From contig NMRA01000539.1 in NCBI GenBank assembly GCA_002633005.1, forward strand, positions 1 through 64,000: DNA of 64,000 nucleotides, written 5' to 3'. How positions within the stretch are numbered: position 1 is the first letter of the stretch; each line of letters starts with the position of its first letter. A program made the translations under genes and the position numbers. Source of the stretch: Phoronis australis. Lineage: Eukaryota; Animalia; Phoronida. Shown here one piece after another: positions 25,846-37,900 of this stretch. Below the pieces are notes generated by a model that searched no databases, was not told where the DNA came from, and saw only the letters and a list, made by a program, of their open reading frames with translations.

Positions 25846-26235
25846 CTATGGCAACCATTCAATGGACTCATTCACGGCGAAAATTTACTTAAATGAGTAC
25901 ACTCAGAGATGTCGCAAATGCTTGCTTAATCTCAATATCACGTAGAAGTTTATTCCAAGTTCACTCAAGATTCCAAGTTCATGTACAATTACACCTGTCA
26001 CCACGGCGTGCGTTCTGTAACGCTAGGACCTACTCCCCAGCCGAAGTCAGGAGTTTTCAAGTTAGCCAGGTCTCGGCGTTTAACGGGAGCCAGGCAATAT
26101 TATCTCCCCTATTTCATAAATTATGCCCTTGCGCATGCGCCAAATAGTTTTCCTACCAATGGCGGATCCCTGTCAAAAAGTGTTTTGATCAGTGTTTTGG
26201 TTATTATTTGACTATGTCTAGTGTAACCGGTAAGT
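25846..26235 (+). promoter_or_regulatory. Candidate KIF3B promoter and non-coding first exon
   Basis: RFX half-site CTATGGCAAC (25846), NRF1-like TGCGCATGCGC (26130), CCAATGGCGG, then consensus donor CCG|gtaagt at 26230. Confidence 0.4.
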
Positions 26236-28958
26236 GATCTAATGAATTCACCTTGAACACGTGCTTCATCAAACATTTTTGTAGATATTCGATGGAATAT
26301 TGCAAGGATTTAGTGCTCAGACCCAAATGGAACTCTAATTCTGGAGACGTGAACAGTTGTGAAGACTGGTGAAGCGAACACTGGAGACTGCACCGGTACA
26401 CGTCAGTGCGGTCTTAATCTTCACTCAATCTCAGCAACACTGACTGACGCAGTGACTAAGTACAATGCCAGTGTCACCAGTCACTGACTGAATGAGCGTG
26501 AACGAGTCACCAAGTCTTGAAAGGTAGATCATTGACCTGGCTGTAGTGTAGATAGGCAATATTACATCGGCATCGCACTCCCACTGGACTGGACTTTTTC
26601 ACCAGGCGCGTGATAACCACAAAGTATGTCAACTGAGTCACGTGAGTTAGGCAAAAGCTAGCGCGAGACTGAGCGAAGACGCGCTCGCACATGACACTTG
26701 TAAAATATCATGAGAAGGTATCAGATGAAATTTGTAAGATTTGTGTCCTGGCCTTGGACTTTTTATTCGCCAACATGGGTGATTTCATGCAACTTTCTCA
26801 AAATGGCACTCGATAAGAGAAACTCGAGCAAACCACGACAGATTTTCATCGCTTTTTTCAAGTTTTGCTGACTAAATTGTATCCAGAGTCATGGTATGTG
26901 TTAATGATAACTCCATGTTCCTGTATGTATGGTTCATTTGATTTTATTTGCTGTATTTTGAAATGAGTTACTTTTTTGTGGGGATGTACTATCGCCCCTG
27001 TATGCCTGCGGCATCCAGGGTGATATAATTGCCTGTTGTTATAGTTCCATTCACGAGGCACTCGTGAGGAATACAAACGACTGGAAAATCGTGGGTCACA
27101 ACTTAACTTTTAGTATTATCAGAAGTTCATTTTAGCAATATAGTCATTCAAATTGCATTTATTGAGTAGAAGATTTTATCCTCTGTAAGAAAATAACCCT
27201 CAATAAATGTTACTTACTTTCCGCAATTTTGCAGCTGCTACAAAAATAATTGCCAAAATTGTCATTTTCTAACTTTCAAAGGTTGATTAAGTACTGTACT
27301 GCAAATAATGGAAAATTTAGCAAAGTTGTTTTTGGCATCTACATAGCAGAAACCATGCCAGTAAGAGAGCAAATTATCTTAAACTTTTTTATGGGGAAAT
27401 ATGTCGAAATACAAGAATTACCATACAAATGATGAAATCATAGAACTGAAGAATCACTGAGTGCTTTAGCGTTGTGATTCACTACAGCAAATTTCATTTG
27501 AGTTTGAAGTTCGCAACTTTAAGGCTTTTCCCGCTGGGTCCAAAGCTTTGGTGTTACTGAAACTTTGGTCAATGTGAACACTTACGGTAACTTTGGTCGT
27601 GAATCAAAGTTAACAGCACAAGTTAACTCTGGAGTAAAAAGGTGGATTTAACAGCGAAGGGTTGATAATTCAGTACATTGGGAACACTTAACTCAGTGCT
27701 GCCAGAGGATTCGGCAGGGGTCACTGCATTTGTCAACGGCATGCGGTGACTAGTTAATATTTGTTGATATTTTGTTTCAATATCCATCATTTTGTATAAG
27801 CTTTCCGTTTCAATTCATCCATGTATTGACTGGATTATTTACATTACGCCTTTGTTCGCATCAGCCATTAGCCTGCTCAAGAGTCAATTTGTAAGATGAT
27901 GTCTTCTAGTAGATTTTCATCAATGTGGCAACCATTGGCTGCGTAGTGAAGTTGATCTTTTGGTGTCCATTTAGGGAGAGAGTGAGGTCCTTACCGTTTT
28001 TGATGGAAAGCACAAAAACGGCGAGGCATTGATGACTGAAGGTCATAGTTGCGCCACCTTGTGATAACTTTGGTGAAGTAGTTTTCTGACTAATTCTTAA
28101 GCTGATGGCATCACTTAACTTTGCGTTAACCACTGTTAAGTTCGAAGCTTCGCTAGTAGCGGAGTTAACCGTTTGATAAAAGGCCTTTTGGTTGTGGCCT
28201 AACACTGCGTGGACATGTTTAACAAACCAACGTTTTTTAAAACCATTCATCCAAAAAGCAATTACTCGAAGGTTTAGGGTGTGAAACACGCTATGTATTG
28301 ACTGGTGTATAGCATGTCTACTTTCACAGATTTCCTCAGCAGTACACTGTCTAATTTTTAAACTTGTCAGTAGCTTTTTAAACTTGAAGAGATTTGTACC
28401 TTTACCAAATCTTGTTCACATACTGTCGCATACCCACCATTTAAAAGCATAGTGGTACTGATTGGTACTCCTGCTCCATCCCGTCATCTGTTTGCAGATA
28501 GTCAGTGATTAGAAGTGATCCTTTGTTTTTTCGTCACACTGCGATACAAGGTTTTATTGAAATATTAAAATTTGCTTCTCCTTGTGAACTATTAGTGTCA
28601 GTTGTTCCAGTTTTCCAACTCAGATTAGTCATCATTCACAAGGGTGTGATTTCATCAGGAAATGAATGCATTTACCAGCTGATCTCGATGTGGAAATCAT
28701 TGGGATGCATAAGATGAATAGGTACTCCTGGGACTCTGTCTGAACACTGATGCAGGATAAGGTTTCTTCATCTCCGACAACTTGTAACGACTATTTCATA
28801 ACAATTATGAATGTCTATTTTGGTGTTTTATTATCAGTGCGTGCCGAATACGAATGTCAGTCAATTTTAATGCTATTTTTTACATTTTGCAGGCTAACAC
28901 TATCACCACAGTTCCCGTAGTTTAAATTAGGTGTCTACTTAGACACCTATATCCAAGC

Positions 28959-28961
28959 ATG
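28959..28961 (+). CDS. KIF3B: Probable KIF3B start exon contributing only ATG (exon about 28893-28961)
   Basis: The next exon starts phase 0 at SKSK with no Met; here aagcATG|gtaagt is a perfect donor, with acceptor ttttgcag at 28885-28892. Confidence 0.6.
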
Positions 28962-31900
28962 GTAAGTTGGACCACTTTTTGAACTCTTTGAAATCTTGGG
29001 CTCAACTTTGCCAGGCAAGAACCGATTTGAGAAGAACTGACAAATCTTTTCGCTTAAGACTTACAATGAGGCTAGCTAGGCTCGCGCTAGATTTTTAAAG
29101 GTATTGGTCATTTTCAAAAATTAACTAAATACTTTCTCTTTTCCTAAACCCCGCAATTGATAAAAATACAGTCACACCAACCGAATTTTTTATTTTTCAT
29201 GTTACACTCAGGTCCTTTTCATAATATACTATGTAATAGAAGATGTTTGCCTTAAGAAAAAAAAGCAAATGATCAAGGGCATATAGCAACCTAACAAGTT
29301 GTATGGGATGGCAGCCAACATGGGTTTTATTATGACCTAAAAAGTTTGGAAGAGGTTCCCCCTATCTCCGGTTTACAGCGGGAATACGCTGGCTACATGG
29401 GCATCTCATTGATGTTGACCTAAAAAAATAGGGTAGGGATTTCCCCTATCCGTGGGCTACGACAGGTACGCCGGCCATGTGGGCATTTTGATGAGCTAGA
29501 CATTTGTGTCCAAAAACATGAAACAACTTGTGGTTAGCAAAATAAAGCTAAATATTGCGCAAAGTAGGTAATATATAACTCATTAAGTAACAAACTGACA
29601 CTTACTTTATACCTTGCTTTCTTTTGGCCGCTGCCAAAATTCAAACATGCCCCAGTCTGTCAATAACGTCTAATGATTGCGAAATTTAGCGAGCTGACTA
29701 GGTATGACATGTGACGTATTTTGATTTAAAAATAGATAACACACTCATTCCTTCCGTGCCTTTTACTCCTTGAACAGAAAACCTGTCAGTGCCTAGTCTC
29801 AAACAATATTTGACACGACAAATCATGCGCTGATAGTTTGTAAATTAATGCCGTCGGACCGGCTCGCACCACGTCGCGAGTGTAAAAATTTATTAAGAGA
29901 CTGAGTCACGTTTGTCGTTGAAATAGTCTTCTACTTGTCATTGACATTGTCACATGACAGATGACAAGCAGCAGCGCCTACATGAGATCTCGCTATGAAG
30001 CGAGAAATCGCCATTGCACAGTTGAACATTTCGTTGCGGTAGAAGACTGATTTCAGGGGGAGTGATGTACATGAAATGGAACATTTGCTGGGCATTTTTT
30101 GGACTCGGAATCTAGGAACCAATATTGGTAAGGATATAACATATAATATGCAAGTGAACCTATTCCACCTATCAGAATGTGCGCCAATTATAAAACTAAC
30201 CAATGGGGCTAGCAATCGAAGTAGAAATGTCGTTTGCAGCACGTGTGGGCAGAAGCAAAATGGCTGCTGGCTAAATTGGGAGGAGGAAGATTTGCAGTTC
30301 AAACAGTGGTTTACAGTGTGTTTTTGGTTTTGAATTTTTGTTGAATTTAATTGAGAGTAGAATAGACCGATTTTATCACAGTTGTCTTGTGAAGGTTCTA
30401 GCTGACATGTCTTGTGATGTTCCTTGCCTGGTTTGAGCTTTCCATCTGTTGCCATGTAAAGTACCCAGAGTATTCACAAGTCATGCTTCGGAACAGTTTA
30501 CTAGCCCTTCCACAATGTGGCAGTTTTAATTCAATCCTAGGTTATCTTGCCTGTTGTGATTGAAAATTGTAACCAACATTATCGTGGTGTGGCAGTTTTC
30601 AAGTCCAATTTGAAAGATTTAATCAGTGTACACTAAATGTTGCTTATGAACAATGAGCCTATGATCTTTTACTATAGAAATACAGCTTCATTTGAGTTTT
30701 TAAAAGGAAAAGCGTCTTGAATTAATTTACTGTCTCCTTCATATTTCAGTCTAAGTCCAAGCCAGCTAAGAATGATGAGTGTGTTAAGGTGGTGGTCAGG
30801 TGTCGTCCTCTCAACCAGAAGGAGAAGGACGCCGGCCATGTGAGGTGAGTAAAAATGACTATTATCGTGTCAGCAGGATTTTTTAGTTCCTGTGACAAGT
30901 CAGTTGACGTTCAGAAATGTCGTTAGAATGTGTTGGAATTTACTCCTTTAGCAAGTGGTGTATCGGGTGAAACGGAGATTTTTGCAATTTCTTTGTGCGC
31001 ACACATACTGAGAATGCAGCAGTATTTTTTGTATATTTTAAAAGAACTTAAAAAAAGTTCCTGTTCAAACTGACTGCTCCTAAATTTGATTTTTATTTGG
31101 AATTAATAGGAAATGTTGGTTGAGCTGAAAGCAGCTTGTGATTCTTAGCCTTTAGTGTTAACTATAGTATGTGAATACTGTCTCTGTCAAAACAATCAGT
31201 GGTTTGTGGTGTATGAGTAATACACAGGCGCACCAAACATAAATCAATACATTGACTGTTAAGGTAAGTGATACCAATTAACCCAGCATTACAGATTTGT
31301 GATATACTTTGCACTGGCAGTGATGAGTATTTAATTTGTTTAGAACTGTTATATACTCACATTCCATCAAACTAACAGTTTTTTCCACCATTTATTCTTT
31401 GAAAACAACACTGCAAATTCACAATATTAACTGTTAATAACAGTGTTCGTACATAGACCACATTCATACGCTATTTAACCGGTGCAGCTGAACCCCAGTT
31501 GAGTTAGTGACTACATGTATGAGTGAATGAGAAACTAATAGATTTTTGAGGGCACTTGCCACTGTAAAGCTGATCTCAACTTATTTTATATCAGACGAGT
31601 TGTTGTTTTCAGTCGTGGAGCAAACAGAGAGTTCCTAGTTCCTTGTGACCAAGATTGGCACTTAAAATAACCCCAAATGACAAATTGAAATGTTCGCCAG
31701 ATGTCAACCATTAATGAAGTGTCAGCTATTGCTTAGCCCAGGGTCTGTCTTATGAGACGTGACTTACAGACTTGGGGACAGAAATTTGGTCTTATGCTTA
31801 TCATAACTATTCCCGAAAAATAATTAAAACTAACTTGAGCAAAAATACAAAGCCTCTAAAGATAATTTGTGTAAATTTTTTTCAGGTTGCGATGAGCTAA

Positions 31901-34900
31901 TAATTACTAGGCTGAACCTTTTTTCAGCACTTCTTAAGTGAAAGCGTCAGAGCAAATTTGTGGCTGGAGTCTAAAGTCACTTTTCATAAAACAGATCCCA
32001 GAAATCATCTCTAATTTGAGTTTGGAACAAGTTGAGAAAAAGGCATAACTGAAAGTGGTGCAAATCGAAAGTGATTTTTTGGTTTGGTAAACTGTAATAG
32101 CTCTAGTTAAGAGTCAAGTCCAAATAAATGTCTTTGAACTGGAACCGAACCTATTAACTGTCAGAATTGAGTGTTGCAACACCTATTGAATAAGCAGATG
32201 AATGTTATTTCAGAATTATAGAAATCAACTCCTCACGGGGCACAGTGGACGTGAAGAACCCGAATGGGGCTCCGAGTGACATCCCCAAGCAGTTCACATT
32301 TGATGCTGTCTATGATTGGAAGTAAGCATTGCAGAGGGTGACCATGTGAATGTGTGAACAAGTAAACAGTTGTGCTGTTATGATGGGTTTGTAGTAACAT
32401 ACCGTTCACATTTGATACTGTTTATGACCAGAAGTAAGAGTTGCACAGGGTGACTATGTGAATGTGTGAACAAGTAACTAGTTGTGTTGTTGTGATGGGT
32501 TTACAGTAACATACAACGCTAGTTAGGTCATGTCAAATGTGAGGCTCTCAAACTGTAATAAGTTCACATTCGATGCTGTCTGTGACTGGAAGTAAGAGTT
32601 GCAAGCACTGAATGACAATATGTATGTGTGAACAAGTCAATAGCTGTGTTGTTATGAGCAGTTTACAGTAACGTACAACGCTAGTTAGGTCAAGTCAAAT
32701 GCGAGGCTCTCAAACTGTAATAAGTTTAGTTTGAAGCAGTTAGTGAGCCCCACCCAGTCTATATCGTGTAAAATTATGGTCGCTACCTCTAAAAACGGTC
32801 CATCCCAGAACATGAACCACTAGTCAGTAGTTATTAGAAACGGTGTTGTGTGTATGTGTGGCTCTAAAGTCCTTTTACTGTTCACGAGGTTGGTTGTGTA
32901 GATCGAACATGATGCGTTACTGTTGTGACTTGATGTTCAGTTGAACATGTACTCTTGTTTTCCAATTCCCACTATCCAAATGTAGGTCGCCGCTTCTGGG
33001 AGGTAGAAAACCGTAGGTAAAGTTACTTAGTTTTGAGCCAAGTTGTTTAAGTGAGGAATGATTTGTCGTGCCTTACTAATTTTTAGTTTCATTTTTTTAT
33101 GTCGACATAGCTACTCGACATGCAGCAATATGATGGTCCCGGATTACACGTGGACCCGTAAATCTCATAGTATTTACACACACAATGCAGCAAGAGCTAT
33201 CAAGCAGTTTTCTAACCTTGTTTTCTTACGTACCATGTTTTTGTTGGTGCCTAGCTTATATCAAGTTTTCTTTACTAAATTAACTGTATTTGACCTTCTA
33301 ATGCCAGTGAAGTTTTGCTGCTGTGTTGTGGGCTGCAACTTTGATGACAGAAAGTTAGATAAATTTAAGAAATATTAAGTGATGCAACATTTTCCAACAT
33401 GATTCCAAGAACCAGCCTGATATTTCTAAAATGAGGCCAATGTAACCACCCGTTTTCCTACCTCCATGACAGGAGATTTCTATCCGGGGCCATCCTATTG
33501 ACATGACTTGAATGACTCAATAAATGTTTATGACTACTGAGTACTCTGCATTCCAGTTCTAAACAGCGTGACTTGTATGACGAAACATTTCACACACTGG
33601 TCCAAAGTGTTATCGATGGTTTCAACGGAACCATATTTGCTTATGGCCAGACAGGAACGGGGAAAACATTCACCATGCAAGGTAAGTCTTCAAGCAATTA
33701 GACAATGCTATGCATGTTTTTACACACCTCAGAGACTGGGGGTGCCTTCCATAATGATTAACTCTTGCCAGATGCTCAGTTGAGAAATTTGTACTTTTGG
33801 AATGGAAATAGCGAGTTTATCTCAGTAATTCAATATTTCAGCCTTTCTGTCCTGCCCATTCAATATTGGCCAGTTTGCCAGTCTGGCATGAGATCTCAAG
33901 ATTACTGGCGACACACTTGCCTTTCTCTCCCATAATCTCCACTCACCCTTGAATCCGTGACTATCGAATTTTATTCGAAACTTGATTAAAAAATTGTCGA
34001 ATTGCATGCCATGTGTCCAGTAATTTTTCCAATTTCACGTAATATAATTGGTCAGTGTCCCAGTTGATTCTTGAGTGTAGTTGGGTGGTCGCAAGTGCTG
34101 GCTGACCTGTATGTATTCGATACATACTGAAACAGAAATTTGCTGTGTGTAATGATAACCGTCTAGTCATGCTGTCAGACCATAGTCCAGATGTGAACAA
34201 TTACAGGANNNNNNNNNNNNNNNNNNNNNNNNNNNNNNNNNNNNNNNNNNNNNNNNNNNNNNNNNNNNNNNNNNNNNNNNNNNNNNNNNNNNNNNNNNNN
34301 NNNNNNNNNNNNNNNNNNNNNNNNNNNNNNNNNNNNNNNNNNNNNNNNNNNNNNNNNNNNNNNNNNNNNNNNNNNNNNNNNNNNNNNNNNNNNNNNNNNN
34401 NNNNNNNNNNNNNNNNNNNNNNNNNNNNNNNNNNNNNNNNNNNNNNNNNNNNNNNNNNNNNNNNNNNNNNNNNNNNNNNNNNNNNNNNNNNNNNNNNNNN
34501 NNNNNNNNNNNNNNNNNNNNNNNNNNNNNNNNNNNNNNNNNNNNNNNNNNNNNNNNNNTTGAATTGAAAAGTTATGCAACACTGAACTGGTGTTAACACA
34601 TATAAGAAAATTGATGATTTTTAAATAAAAAGTATGAGGAGTAAGATAAACAAGTTCCAATATTCACTTGACATAGAAGTATAGAAGAGTTCGTGGAGAC
34701 AGTTTGAGATTCATAGATCCTTATAAATGAAAAAATGTTCATTGAAATTATAGACACATGGTGAACAGAGACACCTGGTGGCTGCCAAAAGTATTGCTCA
34801 CAGGCTACTTTAGTTTTTGACAATATTGGACAAGACAACTAGTTCTTGTCTGTCAGTCATCTAAGTTCTTAACAGGTCCTCCTGGAGGCAATTTGTTTGC

Positions 34901-37900
34901 AAGTGTTGGATTTTATATTTTAACCTATTAAAAATAATTAAAAAATTATGGGTCATGGGTTGGAGAAATAAATGAAAAATACGGGCGGTGGGTATGAAAT
35001 AAAAGTGCCTTCCCCCCTCCCATACAGATTTTGCTGGAACAGCCCTTATGTATGTGCTGATTGTTGCTCTACCTACAGGTGTTAAGGGTGATGCAGACCT
35101 TCGCGGCGTCATCCCCAACTCGTTTGAGCACATCTTCCAGCACATAAGCCGGTCACAGAACCAACAGTACCTGGTGCGTGCCTCCTACTTGGAAATTTAC
35201 CAGGAGGAGGTCCGCGACCTGCTGTCTAAAGACCAGAGTAAGAGGCTGGAGTTGAAGGAGAGACCAGACACAGGTGTCTATGTGAAGGTAGGTGATAAAG
35301 AGACATGTAGTTGAGGAGGGAATTGTGTTATCTGCAGTTGAGGTGAAGGTAGGAGAGGTTGTTGGGAATGGGCACGACACGGGTGTCTATGGGAAGGTAG
35401 GTGGGAGGGAGGCGTGTAGTTGAGGAAGGTGTTGATGTACCTGCATTTGAGGTGAAGGTGGGAGGGGGGGGGCTTTGGAATGGGCATGACACGGGTGTCC
35501 ATGGGAAGGTAGGTAGGAGGGAGGCATGTAGTTGAACTGGTTATGATATCTACAGTTCAGGCAAGGGTGAGAGGGTGGCATGGGGAAGGGTCAGACATGG
35601 GTGTCTGTGTGAAGGTAGGTTGGAGGGAGACATGTTGTTGAGGAGGGTGTTGTGATATCTACAGTACAGGTGAAAGTGGGAGAGAGGGGGGGCTTGGTGA
35701 TGGTTTGGACACAGGTGTCTCAGTGGAGGTCTATAGGGAAGGACTTGTAGTGGAGAAATGGTTATGGTGTTTGCACTTGAAGAAAGGGTGGAGTTGCCAG
35801 ACACAGGTGTATGTGTGAAGGTAGAGTTGTAGTTTGGGAGGAGGGTATGGTGTCTGCAGTTGAGGTGAGGGTGTGGAGGGTTTGGGGATGGGTCAGACAC
35901 AGGTGTCTTAGTGAAGGTCTGTGAGGAAGGACATACAATAGGGAGACAGTTATGGTGTCTGTAGTTAAGGTGAGGGATGGGCACTGGGGGGGAGGTGCTT
36001 GGTGGGGCCAGATACAGGTTTTTATGCGAAGATCTTTGATAGAGGATGTGTAGTGTGGTAGAGGGTTATGATGTCTGTGGTGGAAGTGGGGGGCCTTGAA
36101 TGGCCTAACCAGCTAGCTAGTTGTGTGAAGACTATCGTCAAAATACAGCTAGGTACCACTGTGTGTTGAGCTCTGGTAGACACCGAAATTTCACACAGCC
36201 AGGGTTGCTCTGCTCGTTACCTCATCGTAAAACTAATATCAACATATAGAGCTAAGGACCAGTGGGGGTGCATGCAGAATCTGGGAGTCAGCTGACACTC
36301 ATCTTGCCCGTTGCAGCCGTTTAAGTGAAAATCAGCCTTATAAATATTATTTTCTTGCATAATTCTATGCCGTCTGTAACAAGGAAAAGTCTGTTGTCAT
36401 TTTGAAAACAGTATGCTCGTGACGCGCATGTGGCATTTCCTAAACTTTTTGCGACATCTCTCGGGGAAATGATGGCAGCTTCGAAGCAGCAAAATTTGTT
36501 CTGAAATTTGGTTTGCTCGTATCAAAGTGCTAAAAACTTGGAAGTGAAACCAGTTCCGATAATTTGTTTTGACATGTATGCAAGCTCGTGAGAAGAAAAT
36601 TTGACTATTTGTCAAAAGAAGGAAGTGGCCAAGTTGTGACGCCTAAAGCTCCACAACTTTAGCAGCACATTAGTGGTTGAATGCCAATTTTTCTTACACT
36701 GGTAATAATTTAGTTTTCTCATGGGAAATTGTAGTTTTAGTGACAATAATTTTTGTCAGATTTTATTTGGTCACTTTTCATCCACATCGGCGCAAAGCTG
36801 TATATTTAATGACCAAGCTTAGACGTTTATGGTATGTTTTGCGGGACAATGACAGATTGTTGACGGAAAGGTTACGGGTCTTTTGTTGAGGGAGGCCTTG
36901 GAAGGTCCAGACGTGGGTCTCGATGTACATGTCATTTAGAATATGAAATGTATCTCGGTGGAGAGTGTTGTGGATTCTATAATTTAAGGGTGTGGTGGGT
37001 GGCAGGAGCTCGGAAGAGCCAGGCATGGACATCTATGTAAAGGTCTGAGAGGATAAGGTGGGGAGTGCTTGAAGGAGGCCTGAGGCTGGTGTGTGTTTCA
37101 AGGGCCTGAACATAATGATGTGTTTGCTGTCCTCAAGGATCGTTCAAAATGATTTCGGGGTTCATAATTGGAATGATATTGATGTAACCGCTGTTGGCAA
37201 AGGTGTGGAATTACGCGTACTCAACCCAATCTGTTTGTGTGAATTACAAAATTACCTGCTTGGGTTCAGTTGAACTTGTGTGTTGTAGAAATTTGATCTG
37301 TAATTTGCAGGATCTGTCCTCGTTTGTTACGAAGAGTATCAAAGAAATTGACCATGTGATGAATGTGGGAGATAAAAACAGATCTGTTGGGTAGGTGGCC
37401 ATAATAATTTGTTTTTACAGTTTTATTTATTGGTATAGTTAGAACACTGGTGGAAAATTATTCATAAATATGTACGAATTTTAATGCAGGTTGTTTTGTT
37501 GCCATTTGCTTAAATTTCTGAATCTTAGATGTCACTACTTGCAGTTTTATTTGCAGTTGATATGCAGCGTTATGTTGTGTGCTCTTCCATAGTCCTAAGT
37601 GGTTACCAAATGCTTGTGTTCACCCTGCTTTTCCAAAGCTCTAAATCCCATTTACTTGTAAGGTTTTTGTTTCTATTAGTGTTGTTATATGACTATTGCA
37701 GAAAAGTTTGAAATTAGTCCCGAGAGTACAGGAAGTACCATATCTGGGATTTTGTTTGCACTTCTTTTCCCGGGGACGTACCTCCAATCACCGAACGTGA
37801 AAGTCGAACATATTTTTTTATGCACCCGCTTGTGTAGATGCATTACGTCGTCACCCTCGACCATTTGTCACAGGGAGAGCATTTCAACGCTCTGAGTCAT

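Noticed and set aside
27450-28800. Coding-like minus-strand stretch including the 127-aa ORF 27906..28289
   Set aside because: Frequent stops in all frames and no recognisable motif; could be a decayed pseudogene but unsupported without a translated search.
29931-30455. 174-aa antisense ORF near the KIF3B 5' end
   Set aside because: No domain similarity or splice support; likely chance.
35550-35984. 144-aa Pro/His-rich antisense ORF
   Set aside because: Translation of the G-rich tandem array.
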